NCBI GenBank assembly: GCA_002633005.1
Contig: NMRA01000029.1
Location: 698,956-762,955, forward strand
Source of the DNA: Phoronis australis
Lineage: Eukaryota; Animalia; Phoronida
Direction: 5' to 3'
Length of the DNA stretch: 64,000 nucleotides
The first letter of the stretch is position 1. Each line of letters begins with the position of its first letter. Shown here piece by piece: positions 1 to 13,600 of this stretch. The notes beneath the pieces were generated by a model that was given only the letters and a program-made list of their open reading frames with translations, was not told the origin of the DNA and did not search any database. The position numbers and the translations under genes are program-made.

Positions 1-1860
1 GATGACAACACACTGGGGGATGGTGACCAGTGCAGAGCATGTCAGAATAATGGCTATGACAAGTTTTTCCATTTGATCAGGCTGGCCTGCTGCCTCTCCA
101 TCTGTAAGGTCATTAAAAATTATTTTCCTCAATGAAATTTGTTCCAAGGTTATAAACAGTTTATTTTGTGAATACTTCTCACTTTCAACTGGTTTTAATC
201 CCGCCTTTTTTTCAAAAACCAGCTTTTGATTTATACAATTTACCAAGATGAATTGGTCTCAAATTTGTTCCATAGTTGAAATCAGTACATGTGCATTCTT
301 GGAAAGTACTGAGAGTTTGAGACTGCCTTGAGACCATGTTGATTGATCACAACATGTAATTTTGTTTGTCTCGAGCAATAGCAAACTGTTCTTTGCAAAC
401 CAGAAATAACTTAACTCAGTTTACTAAATTTAAGCAATTAAGTCGAGACCAACTTGAAAACAAATTTAGTGGTTTGAGTTTGATGCTAAGTGGCGGAACA
501 TCGTTTTTTAACTATTTTCATAAAACTTTCGTATACTCACTCTCATGCTCAACAATGTCCTCTTCACCTGAAATGGTACAGAAATTGAATATAAGCTTCT
601 GGCCAAGAGTGTATGATTTGAATTTATGTACTAGGATATTATCGACAACTAAATCTATGCATTTAGCAATATACCTACATAGCTGTATAGTGAAAGCATA
701 AATCTTCTGAAAGTAGGAACTTTTTATAATTTGATTTTTGACTTAATACTTAACAAATGATAATATCTTTTTAGTAAAGTCAAGTTAAAAAGAACAATAC
801 ATTCTCAGCCTAACTACATCTATTAAATGACCATATTTCGTTTGATATAAACGTTCAAGATAAAATGTCCAAAATGATGTCGTAGTTTTTCTCGCTTCAT
901 CTTTGCTCTATCATTTTTTGGTTTATTTTCTAAAAAGTCCTTGTTTTCGTAACCTCTCGTGTAAAAATGAAACATTCTGAAAACAATTCATTGCACCGTT
1001 ACGAAGAACTGTGTATAAAGTGTAGTATCTGAAAGTTTCAAATGAATCCAAACGGCCATTTCTGAAATATGTTTCGAAGGTAGCCAAATATGGGCAGTTT
1101 GCTAAGGAACTACATAACCTTAAACCACCAATTGTTTAAATGCATTAACAAATCATTTGAAATTGTGTTACAGAAGATTCTCACAAATTTTGTCAGTAAT
1201 TTAGCTGCTGAGGTGAGCTTTACCAATTGTCACATTTTTTGCCTTCTTTATTTAAACGCTATGGAATCGATACAACCAGAGGATTTGTTAGCTAACTATA
1301 TATTTGTTACTTAACAAACAACGTGGAGAGCACAAATATACCCTGACGAGGCATTGTTCATGACCAGTTACAAGTTGACACCTGATGGCATTACTAATCA
1401 CTGCATCTGGCCAATCGTAAATGGTAACACCAGTAAACTTGGTTCCTACAGTTTGTTAAGAGCATCGTTCTGAGCCCACTAGTGCCATAAATTGTCAAAT
1501 GTAACAAGCCCTTAAAGACCTATTGGCTTGCTTTTGCCTATGTCACCATGAGAATCATCTTTTAATTCAAATAGCTGTGAATAACATTCCCATGCATTGG
1601 TGCCCTATTTAGACCGCTATTCAACACAACTCTTATTGGTCTTTTGTTGTTTTGCCTGGAATCTCGCGGTTATGCAATATGGCACAAAAACGCAGCTTCA
1701 TGTATGATTTGTCAGGCCTTCATTTGCGTAATTGATTTCATATTTTCTTATTTTGTTGAGGCTTTGTTGGGACTACCTGGATAGCCCAATACATCTAAAA
1801 TGACAAAATTTCGTTGAAGTAAGGCTTTTAGTGGCCCTGTGCAAAACATGCAAAACATTA

Positions 1861-2283
1861 GTCCCGTTTAGACATCAAGTTTTGGCCCGGCGCAACTGAC
1901 TCAAAACAAATTGATCGGTGTCAAGTGTCTGTTTACACACACAACTCACTAACTGTGGTAAGACGGAAATTGCAGACTGGAGAGACTAGATCGCACATGC
2001 GAAGGTTTACAAATGACGAGAGTTGCAGGGACATTAGAACCCGTACGCAGAACATTAGGCAAGTGCAGTAGAGATGATCCTTTCCGCCTTGCCCCAGTTA
2101 CGCGTTTAGACATATAATTGACACAGAGCAAGATGTTCAAGTGCAAATTGCTCTACCTACCAAACAGGTGGCAAAAGTTGTCACCGCTGTGTCAATTTGT
2201 TCCATGTCAGTGCCATTTACACACTGGAACAACTCGTTCCGTGTCAGTTGATCCCTGTCAACTTTTGTAATGTAAACGGCACT
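1861..2283. mobile_element. Non-autonomous TIR element (MITE), PIF/Harbinger-like
   Basis: Imperfect terminal inverted repeats gtcccgtttagacat ... atgtaaacggcac, with tta on the left flank; non-coding interior. Confidence 0.45.
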
Positions 2284-5200
2284 ATCGGCAAATGATGTTG
2301 TTAAAGCGCCTGTTCATCAGAATGATGCATATTTACTTGGCTGTTGCCACTCTTGGTGATTCGTCAGTTCCAAACACCAACTGTTATATTAGGGAAATGG
2401 AAGGTGTGCTACTTTTTAAGTCCCGTTATCGCTATTGTACTATATGCTTTTGATTTGATGTAGCATACGTTGAGAAAAAACATAAGGCTTTTGGCTATTA
2501 CACATTCAGAGTACAGGTACTATATTGTCTTACCGAAAGTTTAGTTCAGCCAGCCCTTAATCAAAAATAGATAACCTGATATAGACTACTGATAAGGTAA
2601 TTGATAGAATTATCTTGAGCCACATAAACTTACGGTAGTCACCTGTATGGGCACTAACTGAGTTTCAACATTTTGCTAAATGACAGTGAAATAGGGGCAT
2701 AAAGTTCACTAAGAGTCTAGGACCTCAGTGAAAGTATTTGATTTGTCCAGTGGTATTTTTTTAATACAAGCAGGTGCCCTTCGCTGTCATTGAATGTATT
2801 ACACTGTGATAGTGCTCCTTCATACTTTTTGGTTACGGTAAAAATTCTCCAATTTGGACCCTGGAAAATTTACTCAAGGTCAAAGCTTGTGCCGAGTTCT
2901 AGAAATAGGCAAAATCGGCCGTCCCAATTTCACTGCAAAATTACCTACTCTACTGGTTGAACCCACATTGTGCGAAATTTGATAAACATGGTGAATGTCA
3001 AAATCACCCTTGCCCCAAATTCCACAATCTTCGATTTTTGCTAGAGAATTGGAAAATATTTACCATAGTTTTATTTTTAAAGCACGTACCTGGGTCTCTT
3101 CCTTCTGGCTCATCGTCATTAGCTCCTGAAAATAAATGTTGATATTGAGATCATGTTTTAAACTGGTGGTATTGTTTACTTTCTTATGTGTTATAGTTGC
3201 AATAAATGCTTTCTATATACAATTGCTAAATTTGTATCTCTCTATTCCTTCATAAACATTCAGTTCACCCTGCATAACGCATCATTAACTATAGTTAGGG
3301 AGGACATTCCTAGCAAGACGCTCATGGACAAGTTGTTCTAGGGTAACTTGTATTGAGCATATGACTCTAAATTGTGTCAAAATCTTACATACAACATTTT
3401 GCATACCTTGAACTGTTGGACCTGCTGTCTCTAGTGAAGGTGTATCAAGTAGTAAGGAATTAGGCTGAGGTTGAGTCTCGGGTGATTCTGAAAGATGCAC
3501 AACATGTAAGTATTAAAGAATATTACAATTTTGTTATAGTTCATAAAATAAGAAAAATGTCTTCCGCTTAGGATCACCATCTATTTGAAAGAGGGTATGG
3601 TTATATAGGACCTGCGCATTTAGGCGAATATGATCTTCAACCTTGAGTAAAAGTATATATTTTCTGAAAGTAGAATGCCTGCCTTTGTAGGGTTGGACTT
3701 TTGACTTTTTACCAATCTGTCATGAATTAGTTTACGTGTCCTTGTTTTTAGTAAAATTTAGCAGAGAAGAAAGGTATGTTGATAGCAAAATAACAGTATC
3801 AATAACAAGAACAATTTTTAGTGAAATGTTCTGGATGAGATCTCCAAAACGCTGTTTTCTAAAATATTTCGTGGAATGCAACTTAAGAGTTTTTTCATGA
3901 AAGTCATAATTGTGCTATTTTGATAGCTCCTCATGCAAAACTGGAAACTTTTTAAAACAAATTTTGAACAGCTTTTTGGAAAACAGTGCATAGTGTCCAA
4001 ATGTTTCATATTAATACGGTCGGCTATTTCTAAGGTGAGATGTTCAAAATTTGCCAAATTTAGACTTATTCTGTGGTTTTCCATTTATTGTCTTTGATGC
4101 TGTTTATGCTACAAAAGTCCACACGGATCAGCTGACACTGAACGAGATGATTAAGCCCAAGTGTTGTGCAATCAAGACTGACACCGAGTAAATTGGCACC
4201 ACCATGGTGACAACTTTTGTCACCTGTTTTAAAAGTAGAACAACTTGCACCCGATCATCTTGCTCCGTGTCAAATGTCACGAAACTGGGGCTGGGTGGAA
4301 GGGATCATCTCTATCTCTGCTTGTGCAAAAATGCAATGGACATTATCATTGGCCCTGATAAGCGCCCAGGGCGCTCAGAAAAAAATCGTTTCCGGGGAGG
4401 GGGCTCTTATTGTAGCCTGTAAAGCGGTTGAAACCCGGTGTCCAATTTGGATGAAAGGGAGGCTGGGTTTCATCAAAATTATGCTCTGTAACGTATTTGT
4501 AACCTATGATAGACTTTCTACAAAACTGTGGTGCATTGCTATCAAACTTTGTTGTTAAGTTACGATTGGCCTGCTTGTTATCATACATGACAAAAGACTG
4601 AGCTGGGCAGTTAACAAAAGGGCCAGATGTTATTGCACGTTCAGCACCCCTCACGTCTGGAAAAGTTACTGAACGACAGAACGCTGTAATTATTAAAAAA
4701 ATTGTGCTGAAATCCCAAGACGAAAACTTTAGTTGCTGTCTCGCAATCGTCAATAGGGCAACTTGAATTCTTGAATAAATATACAGTTTCTACTTAACAA
4801 ATTATATGAGATCCTCCCTAAGTTTTCCAAATTGCTGCCCTAAGATTTTTAAGTTCCTGTGGTATTGGGATTAAGTCCAAATCTGCGCCACATCGTACCA
4901 AGGAGTGTCCTTGATAGTACCCCACAGAAAAGTCTCTGGACGAACACATGTGCGTGTGTGTCATCAGAGTTCATTTGCCAGTAAAACACAATGCAACAAT
5001 CTAGGTGTGAATTAACTCAAGCAGTAAAGCAGAACGCGTTTTATTTTAGCACTTGCAGGTCTCATCTGCTGAAAAGAGTTTGAGAAGCATGAGTCGGTAA
5101 GGCCGATGTCAAATGTTATTGAGTTGCTAAGTGACTGGATGTATGACAGTATAACAGATATTTTCCGGGAGATTCGGGGTGTATTAGGTTGCGGAAGTGG

Positions 5201-5374
5201 TCGCTATCAGTCAGTCATTGTGACTTTAAAAACACTAGTTAGCCTCTTAAACAGAACGCAAAAGTTTTTATGGTATTACATACGCTTGGAAAATAGTGCC
5301 AATATTTATTTCTTACTGATGCTATGCTACCCGTTTCATGAATAGGTAGTTTCCGACTAATGTCTTTGGTGACA

Positions 5375-5700
5375 GCTACATGGCACGTGTTTTTAACACT
5401 GGTTAACTTTTTCATTAATATTCGATTCGCGGTTTTCTCGCTTACAAAGAAATTTGGATTCCTGTTGAAAGGGGAGTTATATACGGGAAAGATGCAATAC
5501 AATACAACCCCATTGACAGGTACGCTGCATCTGTTTTGAAAGGCCAGACCATAGTGGGACATGTTCCTTGCAAGATCAGCAAAAATTTTGCGTTCTTTTT
5601 GAAGCATGGCGGAAGTTTGACGTGTTTAGTCACAGCTAAGTACCGATATAGCGGTGAAGCCCGTGGTCCACAAATTCCCTGCACAATGATTTTTTAGGGC
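5375..5700 (+). pseudogene. Decayed HIRAN-like domain gene, probably inside a DNA-transposon remnant
   Basis: Manual translation gives TWHVF / probable small intron / IWIPVE-GEL...NPIDRYAASVLKGQTIVGHVPCKISKNFAFFLKHGGSLTCLVTAKYRYSGEARGPQIPCTMIF*G. This matches the invertebrate HIRAN-like pattern (GYHVY..W.P..GE.L...N..D..AV...VGHVP..S..FL..GG...GLEIPC). Frameshifts and a stop are present. Repeated gg(t/g)gcttat motifs follow at 5785-5850. Confidence 0.65.
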
Positions 5701-6734
5701 GGCTGGATGTTATTGATATATTGAAGACGTAGAATTTTAGAACTATAGGTAAGGCATTTTTCGCATGTAGGCGATCATGGGCTAGGTGCTTATTTTAGCG
5801 AAGTCTGAAAGCGTGTGGGTGGGGTGCTTATAGGGTCATGGGGGCTTATTAAAGTGAATACAGGATATACAGGTTTCATTTTCGGGCAACAATTTGCCAG
5901 TCAGCTGTTGTCTTAAGCCTTGACCATAATTTATTTTGTTAGGAAAATGTCAGAATATTGCTTATATCTAAGCAGGACTTCTGTGCATGGCTTTCAATCA
6001 GGAATGCAGCGAATATTACAAATAGACGCCATTTTCACACACAAGACGGGATGCTACCAAATCATGCTTGGGTAATTTTGATGACGTATTGAATACCGCT
6101 AAATGTTGCGAGTGTAAAAACTGAGTGAGAAACTCTCAGAGAGCGTTAATTTACTTCCCGGCCTGACCCAAGCTGTGAAATTGCTATGAGAGGGGGTGTG
6201 ATTAAATCTAGCAAAATCACATGCTCCGTGTGTTAATTGCTATGAGAGGGGGGTGTGATGAATTGCTCAATTCAAATCTGGGTTGACCCAGGAGATCTAG
6301 CAAAATCGTGCTCTGTGCATGGAACTTGTAGGCACAAATGTCTTCACAGTCCGTTCTAATCTTGTATAAAAGTCCCAATTCTATAAAAAATCTACTGAGT
6401 TGGCCTTTATTTATTTAACAAAAAACCAGTTAAGAAGTTTAAGAAAAGGTAGTTGCAGTGGTTAATTATTCCAAAAATGCTTGCTAAAAAACGCACTTTT
6501 CAAGACTATCATACGTAACCATGCCATGTTTCCCGCGAACACGGAAGTCCGAACCCGAGCCAATTAGTTGCGATTAATGCACAAGTTCAAGCTCAAGTTA
6601 TGTTAGCGGTAAGCTGTTGATCAGGTCGATTACGCGACAAGCTGAATTTGCGCAAAGTTGGGGACGGATGATTACCCGGACAGTGGGTGCTTACATACAA
6701 ATTTGGCAAAAGTCAGGGGTGGGCAATTTCCCGA

Positions 6735-6940
6735 GGAGGCAGTGTGGCCTGGTTGATAAATGCCCGCTTTCTTTACTCGAGGTCGTGGGTTCAAGTCCCA
6801 CCAGGTCACACTGCTAAACCCTTGAGCCAGGTTTCTAGCTCCTCAGCTCGGTTTTAACCATATATCAGTAAAGCATAAAAATATTTCCAGGTGATCAGTG
6901 CAATGGGCCCACATGCGAGGCCTGCGCACGTCTGGTACAA
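6735..6940 (+). mobile_element. tRNA-derived SINE
   Basis: Pol III A box TGGCCTGGTTGA (~6745) and B box GGTTCAAGTCC (6788-6798) at tRNA-like spacing, followed by cccttgagc; no complete cloverleaf. 3' boundary approximate. Confidence 0.6.
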
Positions 6941-9452
6941 CGTGTATCAGACTGCCTGCAATTTTATAATTACCTGTGCACGGACGTTTATTCGCGATTT
7001 TACGGTAATCCAGAATTGTTAACTTCAACAGGCCATACTCACCCTCACTTCCTCCATATGCACTGTCTTGTTGATCTGAAATGAAAGCAATGAATGCATA
7101 TCAGTTTCTTTGTGTTAGATAGAACCAAATTTTGTAAAGTATGGACTATTAGTCGTTTGATGCAACCCATAGATGTTGTCTTGACAGTTGGGTGCACTTG
7201 TTTAATTCACAACTTTGGTTTTAATTCATTCTGAAGAAATTGAAGCTTGACTTCCATCAGCATATAATGTTCACAATTTGTAAAGGTTTTAAGTGCTGAC
7301 ATCGGTGACCAATATTTTTAATGTATAATTGTTCATTTTGACTGCTGATGTGGTAATGTCAAATTTACATAGTGCTGTATTACTAACCACCTTGAAAATT
7401 ACTACTACCTGCCTCATGAACCTGTTCAAGTCAAAGTCGAAAACCTTGAAAGTGAATCATAACATTTGCTGTCTCATTTTAATCTGTGACGAAAGATAGA
7501 ATTTGTGGTTATAAACCACAGACTGTAGATAATCTACTTACTGTGTCCTAGTTTTTCAGCCATGTTTCACGGTAAGAAAAACGGAACTGACGTCATAACA
7601 ATGAATTGGGGGGTTGTTATGATTGCTTTCCAGCTATCACGTGGTCTGCCTGGCGGGATATCCTCCAAATCTGAAATCCTAAAAATGTCAAAGCTGTTGA
7701 ATAGACAAAGTCCGTTATGAGTGTTGTTCAAATTCCATTTCATTTTTACAGTGTGCTTCTGGACTTGTGTGCTCTTATCAGTGAGTGATATTACAATGCA
7801 ATAAACAGGCTTTGCACTAAAGTATTATCTACCTGGCCTGTAAGGTCAGGAAACTTGTTTGCATGGTAAACATTAGGAGTTTAGTGTTAATTGCACACAT
7901 TCACTAACACTAGTTTTCTTATGAAGATTTTTGTCTCTATCAAACTACCTGCCGTTTTCTATGAATAAAGTGTTTTCTATAAATAAAGTGTCGGTTGATT
8001 TTTGTGGTTATAATACACCAGTTGCAGAGGCAGTAAGCAGTTGCGTTAGCCATAACAGTAGTGGTAAAGAATTAAATTTTGTTATTGGTTATTTTCAGTT
8101 ATTTTAAACTCTTGAATGGCAATACTTTTCAGCATTCATTTACTTTCTCAGTTGAGCTCCTATGGAGTTTTCGCTAAACAATGTGGGCTCTTTTGGGGCT
8201 TTTGTGGAGACGGCAGTGCACAGGTATTATTTGCGTGTTGTTAGAAGTAAAGAATTTACTGTTGTATCAAAATTAACAACATTTTCCTATTATTGAACAT
8301 GACCAATTTCTTAGACTGAATTTGCCTGCGTGATAACCCCACCTATTACTGTAACAGTTTATGTGTATTGAAGGATAATTTTCGTACTAAAAATAATTTT
8401 TTTTGGATTATGGATTTTTGTTTGTTACCTTCGCCATATATCAGTTAGTATTTGAGTCAAATGAAATAGTGGTTTCGTGGAAAACTTTAATTTGTTTTTG
8501 GACATCAGACTGCTTACTATACACGGAATGTGTGTTTCACAATATAAACATTGGGGTTGTCTTTAAACGGTAAACAAAAGGATTTTGCCAAATCTAGCTT
8601 TATTTTAAGTTTTCTGAAGTTTGATTCCCTTGATGTTTTTCTTCAGAAAAGATTGAAGATTTTAGGCATTGTTATTTTTTGATCTTTCGGAAATATTAGC
8701 TGTGGTCTGTTTTCAAAGCTGATGTTGTATCAGTGAGGTATTGTCAAAGCAGCTATTGAGAATTGTGAAATCGAAGGCCTTGTTATGAGAGCAAATTTAC
8801 ATTCTGTGCATTGTCCCTAGTAAGCCAGGTTTCTTCGAAAGTGTCATGCAGGGGTGTATTGTTCTATACAAATTTTAATTTTAAAAGTACTGGAAGTTAA
8901 TGGAATTCAAACTTGTCAAAGTAATTATAAAAAACATGCTACTTTAATGTGTTTCAGCTTGATGTTTTAGTATTTAGTGAATTCTGTATTTTTTAAAGTT
9001 GTTACCATTTTTTCTTTGTCCTGTTGTTGCTTGATGAAGTGAAAGAATCGACAGCTTTGTTTGCACGTATTACTCCGACTCTTTTCCATTGTGAGATTTT
9101 CCAAGAAAAAAAAGTGAGACCATGATACTTGGATTAATTTTTCCATTTGTGAGTAAATTTTAAGCATTCTGATACTGTGAATGTCTTTTATAAATTGACA
9201 TTAATGGTTGATCTTTGCTGTGAGTTTGGTGTTCATCTTGGCTTATTTCCACAGCCTATTTTAGCTCATCAATGCATTTGGGCATTGTTTGAAACAAAGG
9301 AAAGGACATCGGATTGTCAGCTATGATAAGGCAGACTGATTGAATGGATTGTGATTTAGATGTAGACTTGAACTCCATTAAGATAATACCTTTGTTATTT
9401 CTTCGTAGCCTTAATAAAATTTATTTTTGTTTAATACAAAAACATTTGTCTA

Positions 9453-9960
9453 GAGCCTTTCATACTAACGTCGATGTTTTGAGGAGTTGCGGACAGTATG
9501 AATGGTTAACTTTGGTCCTGGATCGAAGTTGAGTGCCAGTTAACTTCTTACAGCAGAGCTTCAACGCTGCAGTTCAGTATGAACAGTTATGTTTGGTCCT
9601 ATCGGCGCCATCTTTGGTCCTATCGGCGCCATTAGTGCCACTGTTGTCATCAACACCTAAAGGTTAGTGTCGTTGTTAATAGTTGCTTAATATTTTAATG
9701 GGATAATCACCAATCGAGTTCAAAAAATAAGATTTCTGTCAAGTAACACTTGTTTATGTTACCAAATTGTCACATTAAAAAAATCTTAGTGTTCATGCAG
9801 CGTTACCTTGCGATTACTTCTGTGACAACAGTGCCACCTACTGTTTACTTTGATGTCGGTTAACTACCGAAGCCAGTATGAACCGTTTAGTTTACTTCAC
9901 AGTTTACGCCTACCCTCCACTCAGACCGGAGGTAAGTCAGTAAGTCAGTATGAAAAGGCC
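9453..9960. mobile_element. MITE, PIF/Harbinger-like, copy 1
   Basis: TIRs gcctttcatact ... agtatgaaaaggcc followed by tta; homologous along its length to 11569-12050. Confidence 0.7.
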
Positions 9961-11568
9961 TTAGGATGTAAACCTGAATATGATGTGACGTGTTCCAGTT
10001 TGCCTCGCATCACGAAGGATTAGCTCAGCTCCCTCTTTCACTTACCAGGACAGAAAGACAAATTCAAACTCATGCTGTTACATGTTTCTGGAACAAATTT
10101 TCTAATCTTTTATGAATAAAAAATTGGTGGAATTTATTATGCTCAACATTATTGGGGAAAGTATTTTTTATATGCGCTAACTTCGAAGCGATACCAAAGC
10201 TAGTTTACTGTGAAACAACACGTGTAGATGAGATAAAAGGTCATATATATTATGACAAACTAAACTACTGCAGATATTGGTAATTACAAAATTTACATAA
10301 TGTGTTGAACTGTAAAGGCGGGTGACAATCTAGTGTGACCAGGTAGAATTACTGAGATATACTAAGAGACAATGTCTCCTCCTGTAATTCGCCTCCTAGC
10401 ATCCTCCCTCCTCTTTTTTGAACTTGATGTTTTATCTAGAAGTGTGGTACTGATCACTTTTAGCTGTCCTTTCATTTTTTGAAGGGATGTGATATATTCT
10501 GGATCCCTAAATTTGAAGTCTAATTCCGTCTCATTGAATTACACCGGGGTGCAAATGGGACAGCGCAGAAAAGTGTCAGAAGAGTTATGAGGTAAACGGT
10601 TACCCTTCAACGCTGGTAGCCACTGAGATTCCCTTTACCATCAGACATCTTTTATGTTGCCTAGTCAGCGCACCCTTTTTTATCAGTAAGCTTTGAAGCG
10701 GGAAGGTAATCGCTAGCACCACTTTCTCAACGGTGGGTGTTATTACACTGATATTGTTTTTTTTCTGGCTGATTTGCATCGTTACAGCCTGAAATGTCGA
10801 AAGTACGATTTTGATTTCAAATTTGGTACATTTTAAATATTACAAAATGACTAATAAAGCTCATTTGTGTTTATCTTGAAAAATGGACACTTCCCTAAGG
10901 ACCGTTGGTTTTGAATATATTTCATGCAGGTGTTCGCTTTATTTTTAATACTCTAGTCTACTTTGTTTTGTTTTTCACCGTGTTGCCAGAATAGTGACAA
11001 GTTATCATCATCAGTGAAACTTAGACTTCAGCTCTCTCCCACCGACCCACCTGACATCTATTGCTTGAATTTTCACATTGACTTTGAAGCTATGTGTAGT
11101 TAGTTTTCACTACACATTTATCACATTCTCAACAGCACTGTCTTAAAAGCTTTTGACATCTAATTTGGTCAGGTTTTTGTTTGTAATAGTTGTAAAGCAG
11201 TTAAGTTGTATACTATTAGAATAAACCATGTGATATAATTAATTATTGTCAGTGCTTGGAAATCGTTGAAGTTCATCAATAGGCACACTCACTTATCTTC
11301 AATCCGAAATCAATGTTGGTAGTTTTTAGCGTATTTTATTGATATTATAAATCTAAAACAACACTGATGTTTTTTTCCAGCTGAATATTGTGGTAATGTT
11401 TATTTTTGAAGAAAGTTACAGGTTTATGCCTTTTCAAAATTCACCAGTGATGTATAGGCAGAGATGTTTTAAACTACAGATTATGGGCTGGTTATTTACA
11501 CTTAATTGCGTCTTGCTTACACCAGACAATGAGGTAACTGTCTGACTCTGGCACTGGTGCTCTTTTTA

Positions 11569-12050
11569 GGTCCTTTCATACTAACGTCAACAAGTTGATA
11601 TTTTGGAAAGTTGTGGTCAATATGAACACTTAACTTCACAGTAAACAGCTGGATTTAACAATGGAGCGTCGACGCTTTGGTGCAGTATGAACGGTCAACT
11701 TCGGTCCCATCTAAATAATTACCATGGGCCACTCCTATCGTCAACAATTAAAGGGTTAGTTTCGTCACTAATAGTTGCTTACATTTTTCTCGAATCATCA
11801 CAAATCGAATAAGAAATAGTTTTACGTCAATTAGCGCATTTGAATGTTCCTTAAATGTTGCATTAAAAAAATTCTCTTAGCGTGGATGCCTTGCATGGGT
11901 GCTAACTTTTCATTACTTCGATGTCAGCACCGTCACCCACCGCTTACTTCAATATCCGCTGACTTCCGAAGCCAGTGTGAGCAGGTCAGTTAACTTGAAG
12001 TTTAGGTGAACGCTCTGCTCGGACTGGAGTTAAGTCGGTATGAAAGGGCC
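11569..12050. mobile_element. MITE, PIF/Harbinger-like, copy 2
   Basis: tta|ggtcctttcatact ... ggtatgaaagggcc; diverged paralog of 9453-9960. Confidence 0.7.
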
Positions 12051-13089
12051 TTTTGATCCTGGTGAAAGTCGCCTTGAAGAGGGCTGAAGGAGCAGAGGTG
12101 AAAATACCTGCATCTTTAGAAATGGATGTTTTCCTTCATTTTGTTAGCAAATTATTCTTGGCATGTAACCCTTTTCCGCATCACAATTAAAAAATAAACT
12201 GACGTGTCACCATTCTATGATATCTGAACACAAAGGTGCACATCTCGTATTCTGTTGGTGAAGTGGAAACGGAATGTAGGATAGGTATATTGCTTTGAAC
12301 AGCTTAGGAAAAACAGGTTCAGTGTCAACTGTGTACAGTGGATGGATTATTTCATGACGTAATGTACGTAAGTAATTTCCAGTATAATGATAAAGTGAAC
12401 GATAAAAATTCTCTTCAGTTTGGGACACTCTATGGCAGACAGGTGATATTTCTTTTTTGATAAGTTGCTGCACAAAAATAACTTTAGAAAAATCTACTTT
12501 GCTTTTAATTTAGCATGGTTTGCATGGCACAGCTATCGGCGAACAATATTTGTTAAAACTTTAAGCATTTGCGACAATGTGGTATAAGCCTCTGAAAGAT
12601 AGAAATATGCAAATTTTGACGACTATTTTTGTCCCAAATTAAAGAAATTTTACTGTATGTCCTGAATCATCCATGAAAGTCATACTCTTCAATACTTGAA
12701 CCTAGTCTACTGAGCTGTAATTGACTTGATTTCTAGACCCTTAGAGGCATTTCACCTCCTTTGATGGGATGATGTTGATTGCTAGTGGCGGGAACTCTAG
12801 TCACTCACGATCACAAGATCCTGAGTGGTATACTACTTCCAGTGGGTTATAACTTGTAGCCCCTGTGTGAAACTTTCTCTGGTTACAGTTGTTAAGCGTT
12901 TGTGTATGAGGATGAAACCAGATGGTAACACATTTGTTTGCTACCTTTAATACTGTGTATATGGTAAAATATCACCTTCATACATTGGTGAGATTTTATG
13001 TTTTCTGTTCCTAATACAATATAGGTAGAACTAAATATAAATTTTGTAGAAATCAAATAGATGTTGGAGTGCTGTGCAGTTACCGATGA

Positions 13090-13600
13090 ATAAAAATACA
13101 AAATAGTAAAACTAGTAAAACTAAAATGACGAGCGTCGGTACTAAAATATATTAAAATATCCCCACGTTTCGAGCGATGTGCTCTTTGTCAAGGGTGTGC
13201 TATAGGCTGCTGAGTACATGTGGATGGATCTAACATAGAAATGGCACAGGAGACCACATAGTGACATTCGATAAACAACAGGAACAATATGAACAATATC
13301 GGACATAGCAACTACATGTGGGGTAGGCTTACGTATGACGAGAGAGAGAGAGAGACCCAAACAGGAGACATGCGTAGCTACTGGAGTCTATTCACTACAG
13401 ACTTGTAGTGAATCCCTATGTCTCTGTGTTAAATTTTGCGATGAATTCAGCCTCGCATTTTCTACGTGCGTACATGTCCGGCAGCCTGTCTTTAACTACC
13501 AGTACGTTGACGTCACTAATCGTATGGCGTGGGAGGTTGAAATGTTCCCCAAGTGCGGTCCCCCGGTATGTACCGTAAGAAGCTTTTGAAAAATGAGAGA
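13090..13600 (-). mobile_element. Penelope-like element 3' fragment (GIY-YIG endonuclease C-terminus plus 3' region)
   Basis: ORF 13416-13607(-) contains LGEHFNLPRHTISDVNVLVVKDRLPDMYARRKCEAEFIAKFNT, the typical PLE GIY-YIG C-terminal signature (HFN..H...D..V.V......R...E...I..F.T). Confidence 0.75.
13161..13195 (-). ncRNA. Penelope-type minimal/variant hammerhead ribozyme motif
   Basis: Minus strand reads CCCTTGACAAA-GAGC-ACATC-GCTC-GAAAC-GTGGGG: a variant of the CUGANGA core, a 4-bp stem II and GAAAC, downstream of the PLE GIY-YIG remnant. Confidence 0.55.

Noticed and set aside
6738-6810. tRNA gene
   Set aside because: A and B boxes are present but there is no proper acceptor or anticodon stem; better explained as a SINE head. 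The same applies at 33814 and to the lone B-box-like motif at ~59041.
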